The notes under the pieces were generated by a model, which was not told where the DNA came from, did no database searches, and worked only from the letters and a program-made list of their open reading frames with translations. The translations under genes were made by a program, and so were the position numbers. From assembly GCA_964489885.1 (NCBI GenBank), contig CAZAZX010000006.1:3617-67616 (forward strand): 64,000 bases of DNA, read 5' to 3'. Positions 12,096-20,648 of this stretch are shown piece after piece. Within the stretch, counting starts at the first letter, position 1. The number at the start of each line of letters is the position of its first letter. Source of the stretch: an uncultured Lachnospiraceae bacterium (GTDB taxonomy: Bacteria; Bacillota; Clostridia; TANB77; CAG-508).

Positions 12096-12130
12096 TTTTG
12101 GGACAAAAGAAATATTCTTTTGCCCCAAAA
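12096..12130. terminator. Bidirectional intrinsic terminator between asnB and the phosphodiester glycosidase gene
   Basis: TTTTGGGACAAAAG-aaatatt-CTTTTGCCCCAAAA. Confidence 0.6.
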
Positions 12131-12134
12131 TTGA

Positions 12135-13184
12135 TTATTTTATTACAAATGCATTTGGTAAATATCTTTCTCCCATTGGTGTTGATGGTTTATTTACCAC
12201 TTTTCCGTCATTGTACATTGTTGCAGATGATCCACCATCTAGGTTTGCTGCGTTGTATGCTCCATATTTATTGAATATATTTTGTAATTCAAGAAGTGTT
12301 GTTCCTATGCTATATCCTGGCTGTCTACCATCTATTGCTACAAAAATAAGTGTTCCATCCTGTTTTTGTCCAATAGCCATTCTTGGTTGTATTCCTCCTG
12401 AATTTGAATTTGTAATTTGATTTTTACCATTTACAATTAAAAATGGTCCAAATTCAACAGCTGAAGTATATCCTTTCTTTATTGCCTGTTCATAGGTATA
12501 ATTTCCAAGCATTAATTTTCCTTCTTTTGTTAATCCTATAAAGCTATATGGTACACCCTTTTCTCCATTTACTAGTTTTCCGTTCATAATGGCTGCTGTA
12601 ACCAATTGGTTTCCCTTACCATGTCCCTCTACGTCTTTAAACCCACCAGCATTAGTTCCTGCAACAGCTCCATTTTCCTTTATAATATCACTTAGCTTTG
12701 TTCCTGTTGATTGTTTTCTTGTATCAATTAGTTTAACTCTAGTTGGATTTCCAACAATCATAACATATCCTACATAACCTTTTCCAGTTATTTTTTCTAC
12801 TGTTACCTTGTTTTCTTTATCCTTTATTTTAATTTTAGATGGATCAGAATCTTCATCATTATGTACAGCTAACTTTTGCATTATTTCTTCTATTTCTTCA
12901 TCTGATAAAAACCAAGTTGCTAAATATTGATGGTTCATCGTATTCATAGCTGTTTGTACCCATAATTCCTTATATTTTTGAAATAGACTTGTCTTAAAAA
13001 ATAAAAATAAGAAAACAACACCTAATATTATCAATATTATAAGTATTTTTATTAATTTTATTATTTTTTGTTTAAAAGTTTTCTTTTTCTTCTTTTTAGG
13101 ATTTTTTTGTTCATTATTATTTTGCTCTTCATTTAAATTATATTGATTATTCAATATAACATTTGTCATTGTATCTAAGTCCAT
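12135..13184 (-). CDS. Phosphodiester glycosidase family protein (DUF2233/NAGPA-like), membrane anchored
   Basis: 349 aa with a Lys-rich N-terminus, one TM, and the C-terminal ANLDGGSSATM motif. It has a GGAGG Shine-Dalgarno and a consensus promoter TTGACA-17-TATAAT at 13207-13235 on the minus strand. Confidence 0.65.
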   Translation of the reverse strand: MDLDTMTNVILNNQYNLNEEQNNNEQKNPKKKKKKTFKQKIIKLIKILIILIILGVVFLFLFFKTSLFQKYKELWVQTAMNTMNHQYLATWFLSDEEIEEIMQKLAVHNDEDSDPSKIKIKDKENKVTVEKITGKGYVGYVMIVGNPTRVKLIDTRKQSTGTKLSDIIKENGAVAGTNAGGFKDVEGHGKGNQLVTAAIMNGKLVNGEKGVPYSFIGLTKEGKLMLGNYTYEQAIKKGYTSAVEFGPFLIVNGKNQITNSNSGGIQPRMAIGQKQDGTLIFVAIDGRQPGYSIGTTLLELQNIFNKYGAYNAANLDGGSSATMYNDGKVVNKPSTPMGERYLPNAFVIK

Positions 13185-13273
13185 TAAAGTTCCTCCATAG
13201 TTTTATATTATACATATTGCAAAGAATTCTGTCAAATGCAAATATTGGTTGAATTTGCAATTTTTTTTAAAAC

Positions 13274-13306
13274 AAAAAGTAAGGTCATATTATAACCTTA
13301 CTTTTT
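13274..13306 (-). terminator. Intrinsic terminator downstream of the Fic gene
   Basis: AAAAAGTAAGGT..ACCTTACTTTTT hairpin with a flanking U-tract on the minus strand. Confidence 0.5.
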
Positions 13307-13318
13307 ATTCCTCTTTAC

Positions 13319-14092
13319 TTAATCATCATTTTTTTTATTGATTTTTTCGATATTTTCATCTATTTTTGTCATATAATCGTTTAGTGATGATAGCTTGTTA
13401 TCTAACCTTTTTTGGCATTTTTCAAATATATCAATTAAAGGTTGTTCATTATCATTTTTTTGTGCCTCGTATAGTGCATTTTTATATTCTTTATTATATT
13501 CATTATCAATTGCAATAAGGTCAATATTGTTTTCTATACATTGCTTTAAAATAATGAATCTTCCAATTCTTCCATTGCCATCTTGGAATGGATGTATGTG
13601 TTCAAATCTTTGATGAAAGTTTGCTATTGCATTTATATCTTTTTTACTCTCCTTCCAATCTTCTAAGAGATTAAAAATATAGCTATCAACTTCATTTGGC
13701 TCGACAAGTTTTAAATCAGTATTTAGTAATTTATTTGGATATAGCTTCCATTTTCCAATATTTCCAATTTCATCGTCAACACTTCCACTTTTTAACATTC
13801 TATGCCAATTCCATAGTAAAAATTTGTCTATTGGATTACCTAATGTATCAATAACTTCGTCAAACAACTTTATCGAATTTTTAGTTTCCACCACATCATC
13901 AATAAAATGTTCTCCAACAACTTGCTTTTGTTTTAACAAGTCTACAAGATTTTCCTCACTAAATGTGCTTCCTTCAAGTTTATTTGAATGATATAAAAAT
14001 TCTATTTTTATATCATCATAAAATGAATTAGAAATCTTTTTTAAATATTGTACTTCTTTGACATTTATTTTCATACTATTCTTCATCTCCAT
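13319..14092 (-). CDS. Fic family protein (class II, with an N-terminal SxxxEG inhibitory motif)
   Basis: Fic motif HPFQDGNGRIGR, plus the N-terminal YHSNKLEGS that matches (S/T)xxxE(G/N). Confidence 0.8.
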   Translation of the reverse strand: MEMKNSMKINVKEVQYLKKISNSFYDDIKIEFLYHSNKLEGSTFSEENLVDLLKQKQVVGEHFIDDVVETKNSIKLFDEVIDTLGNPIDKFLLWNWHRMLKSGSVDDEIGNIGKWKLYPNKLLNTDLKLVEPNEVDSYIFNLLEDWKESKKDINAIANFHQRFEHIHPFQDGNGRIGRFIILKQCIENNIDLIAIDNEYNKEYKNALYEAQKNDNEQPLIDIFEKCQKRLDNKLSSLNDYMTKIDENIEKINKKNDD

Positions 14093-14161
14093 TAATACTT
14101 AGTATTATAAAAAATCAACCCAATTTTGTCAACAATATTGAAATGATTCATTTAGCAAGGT

Positions 14162-14189
14162 TTGACATTTTACATAAATATGGTATAAT
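14162..14189 (+). promoter_or_regulatory. Strong sigma-A promoter for the ThyX-like gene (TTGACA-16-tgGTATAAT, extended -10)
   Basis: ttgacattttacataaatatggtataat. A Shine-Dalgarno AAGGGGGAAAA lies upstream of the ATG at 14257. Confidence 0.55.
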
Positions 14190-14256
14190 AATTTTGCTTT
14201 AGATTTATGTAAAGTAGTATAAATAATTATTTATCACACCAAAGGGGGAAAACAGT

Positions 14257-15438
14257 ATGAAAGTTGGAATTGCAGCATCCACACATCCAGGTTACAAAAT
14301 TTCATTGGAAGAAGCTCTTCATTTTTCTGGAGTCGCAGCAGGTATTTGCTATATGCCAGATACACTTGATGCACTTTTCAATGAACCAGCTGAAAAAACG
14401 ATGAAACGGATTAATGCTTGCATAAAATCTGGCCATCACAGTGTTTGCGACCATGTTGTTTTGAATCTGGCATTGGAAGACATTCCTAAAATGCTTGCCA
14501 TGTTTCTTAACAATGAAAAGATGTACAACACATCTGAAAAATCGGCTCGTTACACTACTATGAAGGCATCACCTGCTGAGGTGAAACTATATCAAAAATG
14601 GATTTCGATTTTTGATATGGAGATTGCAAAAGCATATCCTAACATCGGCGAAAAGAAACGCAAAAAACTGGCAATGGAAAATGCTCGTTACCTTATCAGT
14701 GTTTTTACGCCGGCGACAAGTATGTTATACTCTGTCACATTGCGTCAACTTAACCTCATCCTTTACTGGATGCATAAATACATCAAAAATGAAATCAATG
14801 ATGCATTTTCTGAAAAGGTTAAGTCCATTTTCGAAGATTTCTTGTGTACTCCTGTTAGCGGAACTTCAATGCAGGTCAAGGATTTTGCAATCAATGACCT
14901 CAACGACGGCTGGAAAAATCGTTCTTTTTCTTTGATTGCCAAGAACGGCTATCGTAAAGAAGAATTCGGCGAAAACTATTGCACTAACTATGTTGCAAGT
15001 TTTGCAGAATTGGCTCAAGCTCAACGGCACCGTACCTTGAAGTATGAATTTAGTATCATAGAGAAAAGCAAATTCAAAAGGTACCACGTTCCTCCAATTA
15101 TCAAGGATTCAGAGTTTAAAGCGGAATGGATTCATGATATGGAATCCCTCAAGGAAAACTATCCACAAGGGATGCTCGTATATGTCAACGAGCGTGGTAC
15201 GTGTGAAGATTTTATCTTGAAGTGTACTGAACGTCTTTGTGGTGAAACTCAGCTTGAGATTGCAAGTCAAACTCAAAAAACTCTGAAAAAGTATATGAAT
15301 TCAGTAAAGCAAAGCAATCCAAACATCTATAATCGTATGCTTCCTTATTCGCACGGAGCCCGTTGCACTTTTCCAGGATGGAGTTGCAAAAATCCATGCA
15401 TTTTTGGCCCCAAGTATGCATTAAAACGAATCATTTAA
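14257..15438 (+). CDS. Divergent ThyX (Thy1, flavin-dependent thymidylate synthase)-like protein. It is a tandem of two ThyX-like core motifs with complementary degeneration. GC is ~42%.
   Basis: First unit: GHHSVCDHVVLNLALEDIPKMLAMFL-NNE-KMYNTSEKSARY, where RHR is replaced by NNE. Second unit: GYRKEEFGENYCTNYVASFAELAQAQ-RHR-TLKYEFS..RY, where GH..EH is lost and RHR is kept. Both have the same 26-residue spacing as T. maritima ThyX (GHETPFEH...26...RHRIASYNELSGRY). Confidence 0.5.
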   Translation: MKVGIAASTHPGYKISLEEALHFSGVAAGICYMPDTLDALFNEPAEKTMKRINACIKSGHHSVCDHVVLNLALEDIPKMLAMFLNNEKMYNTSEKSARYTTMKASPAEVKLYQKWISIFDMEIAKAYPNIGEKKRKKLAMENARYLISVFTPATSMLYSVTLRQLNLILYWMHKYIKNEINDAFSEKVKSIFEDFLCTPVSGTSMQVKDFAINDLNDGWKNRSFSLIAKNGYRKEEFGENYCTNYVASFAELAQAQRHRTLKYEFSIIEKSKFKRYHVPPIIKDSEFKAEWIHDMESLKENYPQGMLVYVNERGTCEDFILKCTERLCGETQLEIASQTQKTLKKYMNSVKQSNPNIYNRMLPYSHGARCTFPGWSCKNPCIFGPKYALKRII

Positions 15439-15468
15439 TATGAAACGTCTTAAAAACGGCGTACAAAA

Positions 15469-15511
15469 GCAATAAACTGAGTAGTTTTTTTAAAGCTACT
15501 CAGTTTATTGC
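15469..15511. terminator. Bidirectional terminator (16-bp stem) between the ThyX-like gene and ntpD
   Basis: GCAATAAACTGAGTAG-tttttttaaag-CTACTCAGTTTATTGC. Confidence 0.6.
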
Positions 15512-15525
15512 TTATTGTGAAAAAA

Positions 15526-16140
15526 CTATTTATTTTTCTTTATTACTTTTAATCTTGAAAAATCCTCTCTTTCCTTTTCTTCTAAAGCATTTTGTATTGT
15601 TTTTGCAATTTTTTCTTGTTCCGGTATTATTATATTCTGTAATGCATTAGATCTCGTTTGTACTTTTCTAATTGCAATTTCTAATCGTCTCAAAGTATTT
15701 TCTAATTCGGCTAAATTAAATAGATATTCTTTTAACTCATTAAACTTCATAACAGTTTTGTCTAATGAAATAGTAGTTGAATAAAAATTATAATTTATAT
15801 TTTTATTATCTACTTTCTGATTCCAAACTATTGAAGGAATTTCTACTCCCATTATAGTTTTATATTTTATATCAATATCATCTTCTATTGGGAAAAAGTC
15901 TACAACTTTTCTTATATTATCTATTCCCATATCCATACTTGCTTCTCTTAATTGCATATAGGCTTCTTTAAAAAAATTATTAATTTGTTCTCTTATTTTT
16001 TTTGCCTTTTCTTCATATTCTTGTTTTTGATTCATTAAAATCAGCTTTTTATGTTCTAGCAAACTTTGACCTTGTTTTGAAAGCTTAATACTTGATTGAA
16101 GATTCATTAAATTTGTTTTTGTTGGTAAATATTCATTCAA
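15526..16140 (-). CDS. ntpD: V-type ATP synthase subunit D
   Basis: 204 aa; matches the V/A-ATPase D N-terminus (PTKTNLMNLQSSIKLSKQG..LLEHKK); last gene of the ntp operon. Confidence 0.8.
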   Translation of the reverse strand: MNEYLPTKTNLMNLQSSIKLSKQGQSLLEHKKLILMNQKQEYEEKAKKIREQINNFFKEAYMQLREASMDMGIDNIRKVVDFFPIEDDIDIKYKTIMGVEIPSIVWNQKVDNKNINYNFYSTTISLDKTVMKFNELKEYLFNLAELENTLRRLEIAIRKVQTRSNALQNIIIPEQEKIAKTIQNALEEKEREDFSRLKVIKKNK

Positions 16141-16157
16141 TTTTTGAGTGACTCCTC

Positions 16158-17495
16158 CTATTTAATTTTATCCCATTCTTCTCTTGGAAGTATTTTTAAT
16201 ATTTCTAAAGCTAAATCTAAACTTTCATTCATTGTTCTTCTTTCATGTGTTGATTGATTTATGAATTTTTCCTCAAATTCTTTTCCAAATTTCAAATATG
16301 TTCTATCTAATTCAGTTAAATCATTTTCTCCTAAAACTTTTTCTAGTGCACGTACTTCTTGAACTTTAGAATAAGATGAAAATAATTGATCTGCTATTTG
16401 ACCATGTTCTGCCCTTGTATATTTTTCTCCTATACCATCTTTCATCAACCTTGAAAGTGAATTTAATATATCTATTGGTGGTTCTACACCTTTTTGAAAT
16501 AATTCTCTTGATAATACAATTTGTCCTTCTGTAATATATCCTGTCAAATCAGGTATTGGATGCGAAATGTCATCATTTGGCATTGTTAGAATTGGTATTT
16601 GTGTAATTGATCCTTGTCTATCTTTTAGCATACCAGCTCTTTCATATATTGATGCAAAATCACTATAAAGGTAACCTGGATATCCCTTTCTACTTGGGAT
16701 TTCACCCTTTAATGCTGAAACCTCTCTTAATGCTTCTGCATACGATGTCATATCTGATAATACAACAAGGACTTGATAACCTAAATCAAATGCTAAATAT
16801 TCAGCACAAGTTAGTGCAACCTTTGGTGTTAGTATTCTCTCAATTGCTGGGTCATTTGATAAATTCTGGAAAATTGTAACTTTTGATAAAACGCCATTTT
16901 CCTTAAAACTATTTTTAAAAAATTCGGCTGTTTCATATTCAACACCCATCATACCAAACACAACAGCAAACTTTTCTGAACCAGATATTGTTGATTCTCT
17001 TATTATCTTTTCAGTTAATTCATTATGTGATAATCCACTTCCTGAAAATATTGGTAACTTTTGTCCTCTAATTAAGGTTGTTAGTACATCTATTGTTGAT
17101 ATACCTGTTTCAATATAATTTCTTGGATACTTTCTTGAAACTGGATTCATAGGACTTCCATTTATATCTCTTTCTATATTAGTATTTAATTCACCTAAAC
17201 CATCTATTGGTTTTCCTGTTCCATCAAATACTCTTCCTAACATTTTCTCAGATAATTTAAGTGTTAATGGTTTACCTCTTAAAACAGTTTTTGTTGCTTG
17301 CAATTTAATTTCATTACTACCTTCATATACTTGAATAGCAGTTACTTTATCATCAAGAACAATTACATTTCCTATTCTTTTTTCTCCATTATCTAAAAAA
17401 ATTTCAACTTGCTCATTAAATCCTAATTCTTTAGGGGTTTTTAAAAATACTAAAGGTCCATTAATTTGTTCAAGTCCTATATATTCTGTTCTCAA
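16158..17495 (-). CDS. ntpB: V-type ATP synthase subunit B
   Basis: 445 aa, non-catalytic B-subunit-like sequence (…GSGLSHNELTEKI…). Confidence 0.85.
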   Translation of the reverse strand: MRTEYIGLEQINGPLVFLKTPKELGFNEQVEIFLDNGEKRIGNVIVLDDKVTAIQVYEGSNEIKLQATKTVLRGKPLTLKLSEKMLGRVFDGTGKPIDGLGELNTNIERDINGSPMNPVSRKYPRNYIETGISTIDVLTTLIRGQKLPIFSGSGLSHNELTEKIIRESTISGSEKFAVVFGMMGVEYETAEFFKNSFKENGVLSKVTIFQNLSNDPAIERILTPKVALTCAEYLAFDLGYQVLVVLSDMTSYAEALREVSALKGEIPSRKGYPGYLYSDFASIYERAGMLKDRQGSITQIPILTMPNDDISHPIPDLTGYITEGQIVLSRELFQKGVEPPIDILNSLSRLMKDGIGEKYTRAEHGQIADQLFSSYSKVQEVRALEKVLGENDLTELDRTYLKFGKEFEEKFINQSTHERRTMNESLDLALEILKILPREEWDKIK

Positions 17496-17517
17496 GTTTA
17501 TACCTCCTCTTAAAAGT

Positions 17518-19291
17518 TTAAATATGTTGTTCGTATTCTCGTTCTAATTTTTTTAACCCATCTTTATACTTTTTATTTAACTCATTAAATTTACCTATGT
17601 CATCATTTTTTATATTGTATTTTAGTTTTTTATATTCATCGAAATAACCAAGTTCTTTTATTCTTGAAAATGGAATTCCCTTATTTACAAGCTTCAAAGA
17701 TCTTTCATATAGTAAAACTAAAGTATTCATTAATTCATACTGTTTTCCGAATTGGAACAGATGTGTCAACATCATTTATTGCACTTTGTTGTAAAAAGCC
17801 AAAACGAATTCCCTGGCATGCTTCTAATAACAACTTTTTACTATCCTGTAATACATCTTTTCCAACAACTTTTGAAATTTCTAATAGGCTGTTTTCTTCT
17901 TCAAGCATTTTTATGATTTTCTTTCTTGTTTCAAAAAAATTAGTATTAACGTGTAAGGTATACCAATCTTCAAGCCTTTGAGCATATTCACTATAACTTA
18001 AATTCCAATTTACTGCTGGGTAATGTCTTGAATATGCTAAATTTCTATCAAGTCCCCAAAAAGTATGCACAAATCTTCTAGTATTTTGTGTTACTGGTTC
18101 TGAAAAATCTGAACCCTGTGGCGATACTGCACCTATTATTGTTACAGAACCTTTTGTCCCATTATAATTTTCAACAAGCCCTGCTCTTCCATAAAATTCA
18201 GAAAGTCTTGATGGCAAATATGATGGAAATCCTTCTTCTGCTGGCATTTCTTCTAGTCTTCCAGAAATCTCACGTAGTGCCTCCGCCCAACGTGAAGTTG
18301 AATCTGCCATTATTGCAACATGATATCCCATTTCTCTATAATATTCTGCTATAGTTATTCCTGTATATATTGACATTTCCCTTGCCGCAACTGGCATATT
18401 TGATGTATTTGCAATTAATATAGTTCTTTCCATCAACGGCTTTCCTGTTCTAGGGTCTATAAGTTTTGGAAAATCTTCTAAAACTTCTGTCATTTCATTT
18501 CCTCTTTCACCACAACCTATATAAACTATAATATCCGCATCTGACCACTTTGCAAGTTGGTGTTGTAGCATAGTTTTACCAGTACCAAAGCCACCAGGTA
18601 AAGCGGCAGTTCCACCTTTTGCTATTGGAAATATTGAATCTACTATTCTTTGTCCAGTCAACAATGGTTCTTTTGAAACAAGTCTTGCCTTATAATCTCT
18701 CATTTTTCTAACAGGCCATTTATGTTCCATTGTTACTTTTTCTTCTTCTCCCTCTTCATTTTTCACAACCGCAATAACTTGATTTACTGTATATTCCCCC
18801 TTAGGCATTATTTGCACAATTTCAGCTTCATTAATTCCTTGATACATTACTTTGTGAACAATAGAGCTTGTCTCTTGTATTTCTCCTAAAATTGAACTTT
18901 TTTGTACTTTTTGTCCAACCTTAACACTTGGATTAAATGTCCATTTTTTTGATTGATTTAGTGCAGAAATTTGACTTCCTTTTTTTATAAAATTTCCTTC
19001 TTTTTTTTCTAAGTCATATAAGGGTCTTTGTATTCCATCATAAACATTCCCAATAATTCCAGGACCTAATGTTAAACATAATGGTGCACCAGTACCTTCT
19101 ACTTTTTCTCCTATTTTAAGACCAGTCGTTTCCTCGTAAACCTGTATTGTTGCAGAATCTCCATTTAATTCAATTACTTCTCCCATCAAATTAACTTCTC
19201 CAACAAAAACAACTTCGTGCATTCCAAAATCAGCCTTGCCTTTTGCAACCACAACTGGACCATTTACTTTTGAAATATATTTATATTGCAT
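17518..19291 (-). CDS. ntpA: V-type ATP synthase catalytic subunit A, interrupted by a 1-nt frameshift near 17745-17760 (ORFs 17735-19291 and 17518-17775)
   Basis: Walker A GGFGTGKT. The 85-aa downstream ORF (…[29 protein letters not shown]…) matches the A-subunit C-terminus. The combined length of 1774 nt is 591 codons plus 1. Confidence 0.8.
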
Positions 19292-19313
19292 TTTTTCACT
19301 TCCTTACAATTAA

Positions 19314-19895
19314 CTATCTATTTACTTGTTCTTCAATTCCAAGTTTTAAAGTATTATCTATAAATATATTTGCCTCCCTATTAAAACATCTGCATCCGCC
19401 AATATTTTCATCATCAATTATTTCTATAATAATTCCTTGATATATTTTAGATAATCTATCTTGAAATTTATTTTTGTCTCTATCTGTTAAATATAAGGTT
19501 ATATTATTCAAATTTGTTTTATCAGCATTTATCTTTTTCATTGTTGAATCAATATTTTTAAATAAATATTTTTCATATTCTGAACCATTTGCAAAATCTT
19601 CAACCTTTTTTTTAAGACTTAATTTAAAATCTTTTTTTATTTCTTCTTGTCTTTGGATAACTTTTTGTTTTGCTTCTGTTTCTAACAAATAGCAATTTGC
19701 ATGAAATTCTTTTTCGAGATTTTTAAGGCTCCTATTAAATTTAATTTCTTGTTTTTCATAATATTCTTTTAATTCTTCTGAAACTTGAGAATCTATTTGT
19801 TCTTTTATTTTTAATTGTAAGTCTTCAGCATCTTTTTTGGCTTGATTTATGCAATCATATTTAAATTTAGCTAATTTTTCATTTACTGAACTCAT
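19314..19895 (-). CDS. ntpE: V-type ATP synthase subunit E
   Basis: 193 aa coiled-coil protein positioned between the A and F subunits. Confidence 0.7.
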   Translation of the reverse strand: MSSVNEKLAKFKYDCINQAKKDAEDLQLKIKEQIDSQVSEELKEYYEKQEIKFNRSLKNLEKEFHANCYLLETEAKQKVIQRQEEIKKDFKLSLKKKVEDFANGSEYEKYLFKNIDSTMKKINADKTNLNNITLYLTDRDKNKFQDRLSKIYQGIIIEIIDDENIGGCRCFNREANIFIDNTLKLGIEEQVNR

Positions 19896-19912
19896 TTAAT
19901 AATTATCCCTTT

Positions 19913-20156
19913 CTATGAATTAGGTATTTTAATAATCAAAGGTAGATTGTTCTTTTCCTGTATTTTTAGAATTTCTTGTTCAATCATTTTATATATTGTT
20001 TCTGTAATGCCTAAAATACCAATTGATTTATCTTCAAGTATTTCATTAATTTTGTCTAAAATTTCTTCTTTTTCTGTAATAATTGAATATTCAATTCCAG
20101 CAGTTCTTAAGCCGAACTGCTGTATCGACACTATCACTAATACAATACATTTTCAT
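19913..20156 (-). CDS. ntpF: V-type ATP synthase subunit F, with a frameshift near 20110-20125
   Basis: The C-terminal frame (GLRTAGIEYSII…NLPLIIKIPNS) matches subunit F. The N-terminus MKMYCISDSVDTA is in another frame, starting at ATG 20154-20156. Deleting the C in gttCggc restores DSVDTAVGLRTAGIE. Confidence 0.65.
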
Positions 20157-20171
20157 TAAATCAAATCCCTT

Positions 20172-20624
20172 TTAAATTTTATTTAATATCATAATAGAAA
20201 TAATCAAACCATAAATTGCAATACCTTCTGCAAGTCCAGCAAAAATAATTGTTTTACCAAGCAATTTTGGATTCTCACTAATTGCGCCAACTGCACTAGC
20301 ACCAACAGTTGCAACAGCTATACCTGCACCAATACAAGCTAATCCTGTTGCTAAGGCTACTGCTATTAGCCCTAAACCATTTGATTTATTTTCCCCTTCA
20401 TTTGTTGTATTTGTAGTTTGAGGTACTGTAGCTTGCTGTGCTACACTTGAACTTTCACTTACATTTTCATTTTCAACAACATTTGAAGCAACATTTTCGG
20501 TATTAGTTGTATTATTTGCTATTTTGTTACCCTTTGTTGTAGTATTTGAAGCAAAAACTGCTGATGCACTTGCCCCTATTATTAAAGTGATAATTAATAA
20601 AAATTTAAAAATATTTTTTTTCAT
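20172..20624 (-). CDS. ntpK: V-type ATPase proteolipid (c/K) subunit. It has a single 2-TM hairpin with the conserved Glu, plus an N-terminal signal-like TM and an N/T/S-rich extension.
   Basis: C-terminal GLIAVALATGLACIGAGIAVA…FAGLAEGIAIYGLIISIMIL; N-terminal MKKNIFKFLLIITLIIGASASAVFA followed by ~70 aa of low-complexity sequence. Confidence 0.7.
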   Translation of the reverse strand: MKKNIFKFLLIITLIIGASASAVFASNTTTKGNKIANNTTNTENVASNVVENENVSESSSVAQQATVPQTTNTTNEGENKSNGLGLIAVALATGLACIGAGIAVATVGASAVGAISENPKLLGKTIIFAGLAEGIAIYGLIISIMILNKI

Positions 20625-20648
20625 TTCGTTTTCCTTTCTCTTTTGAAA

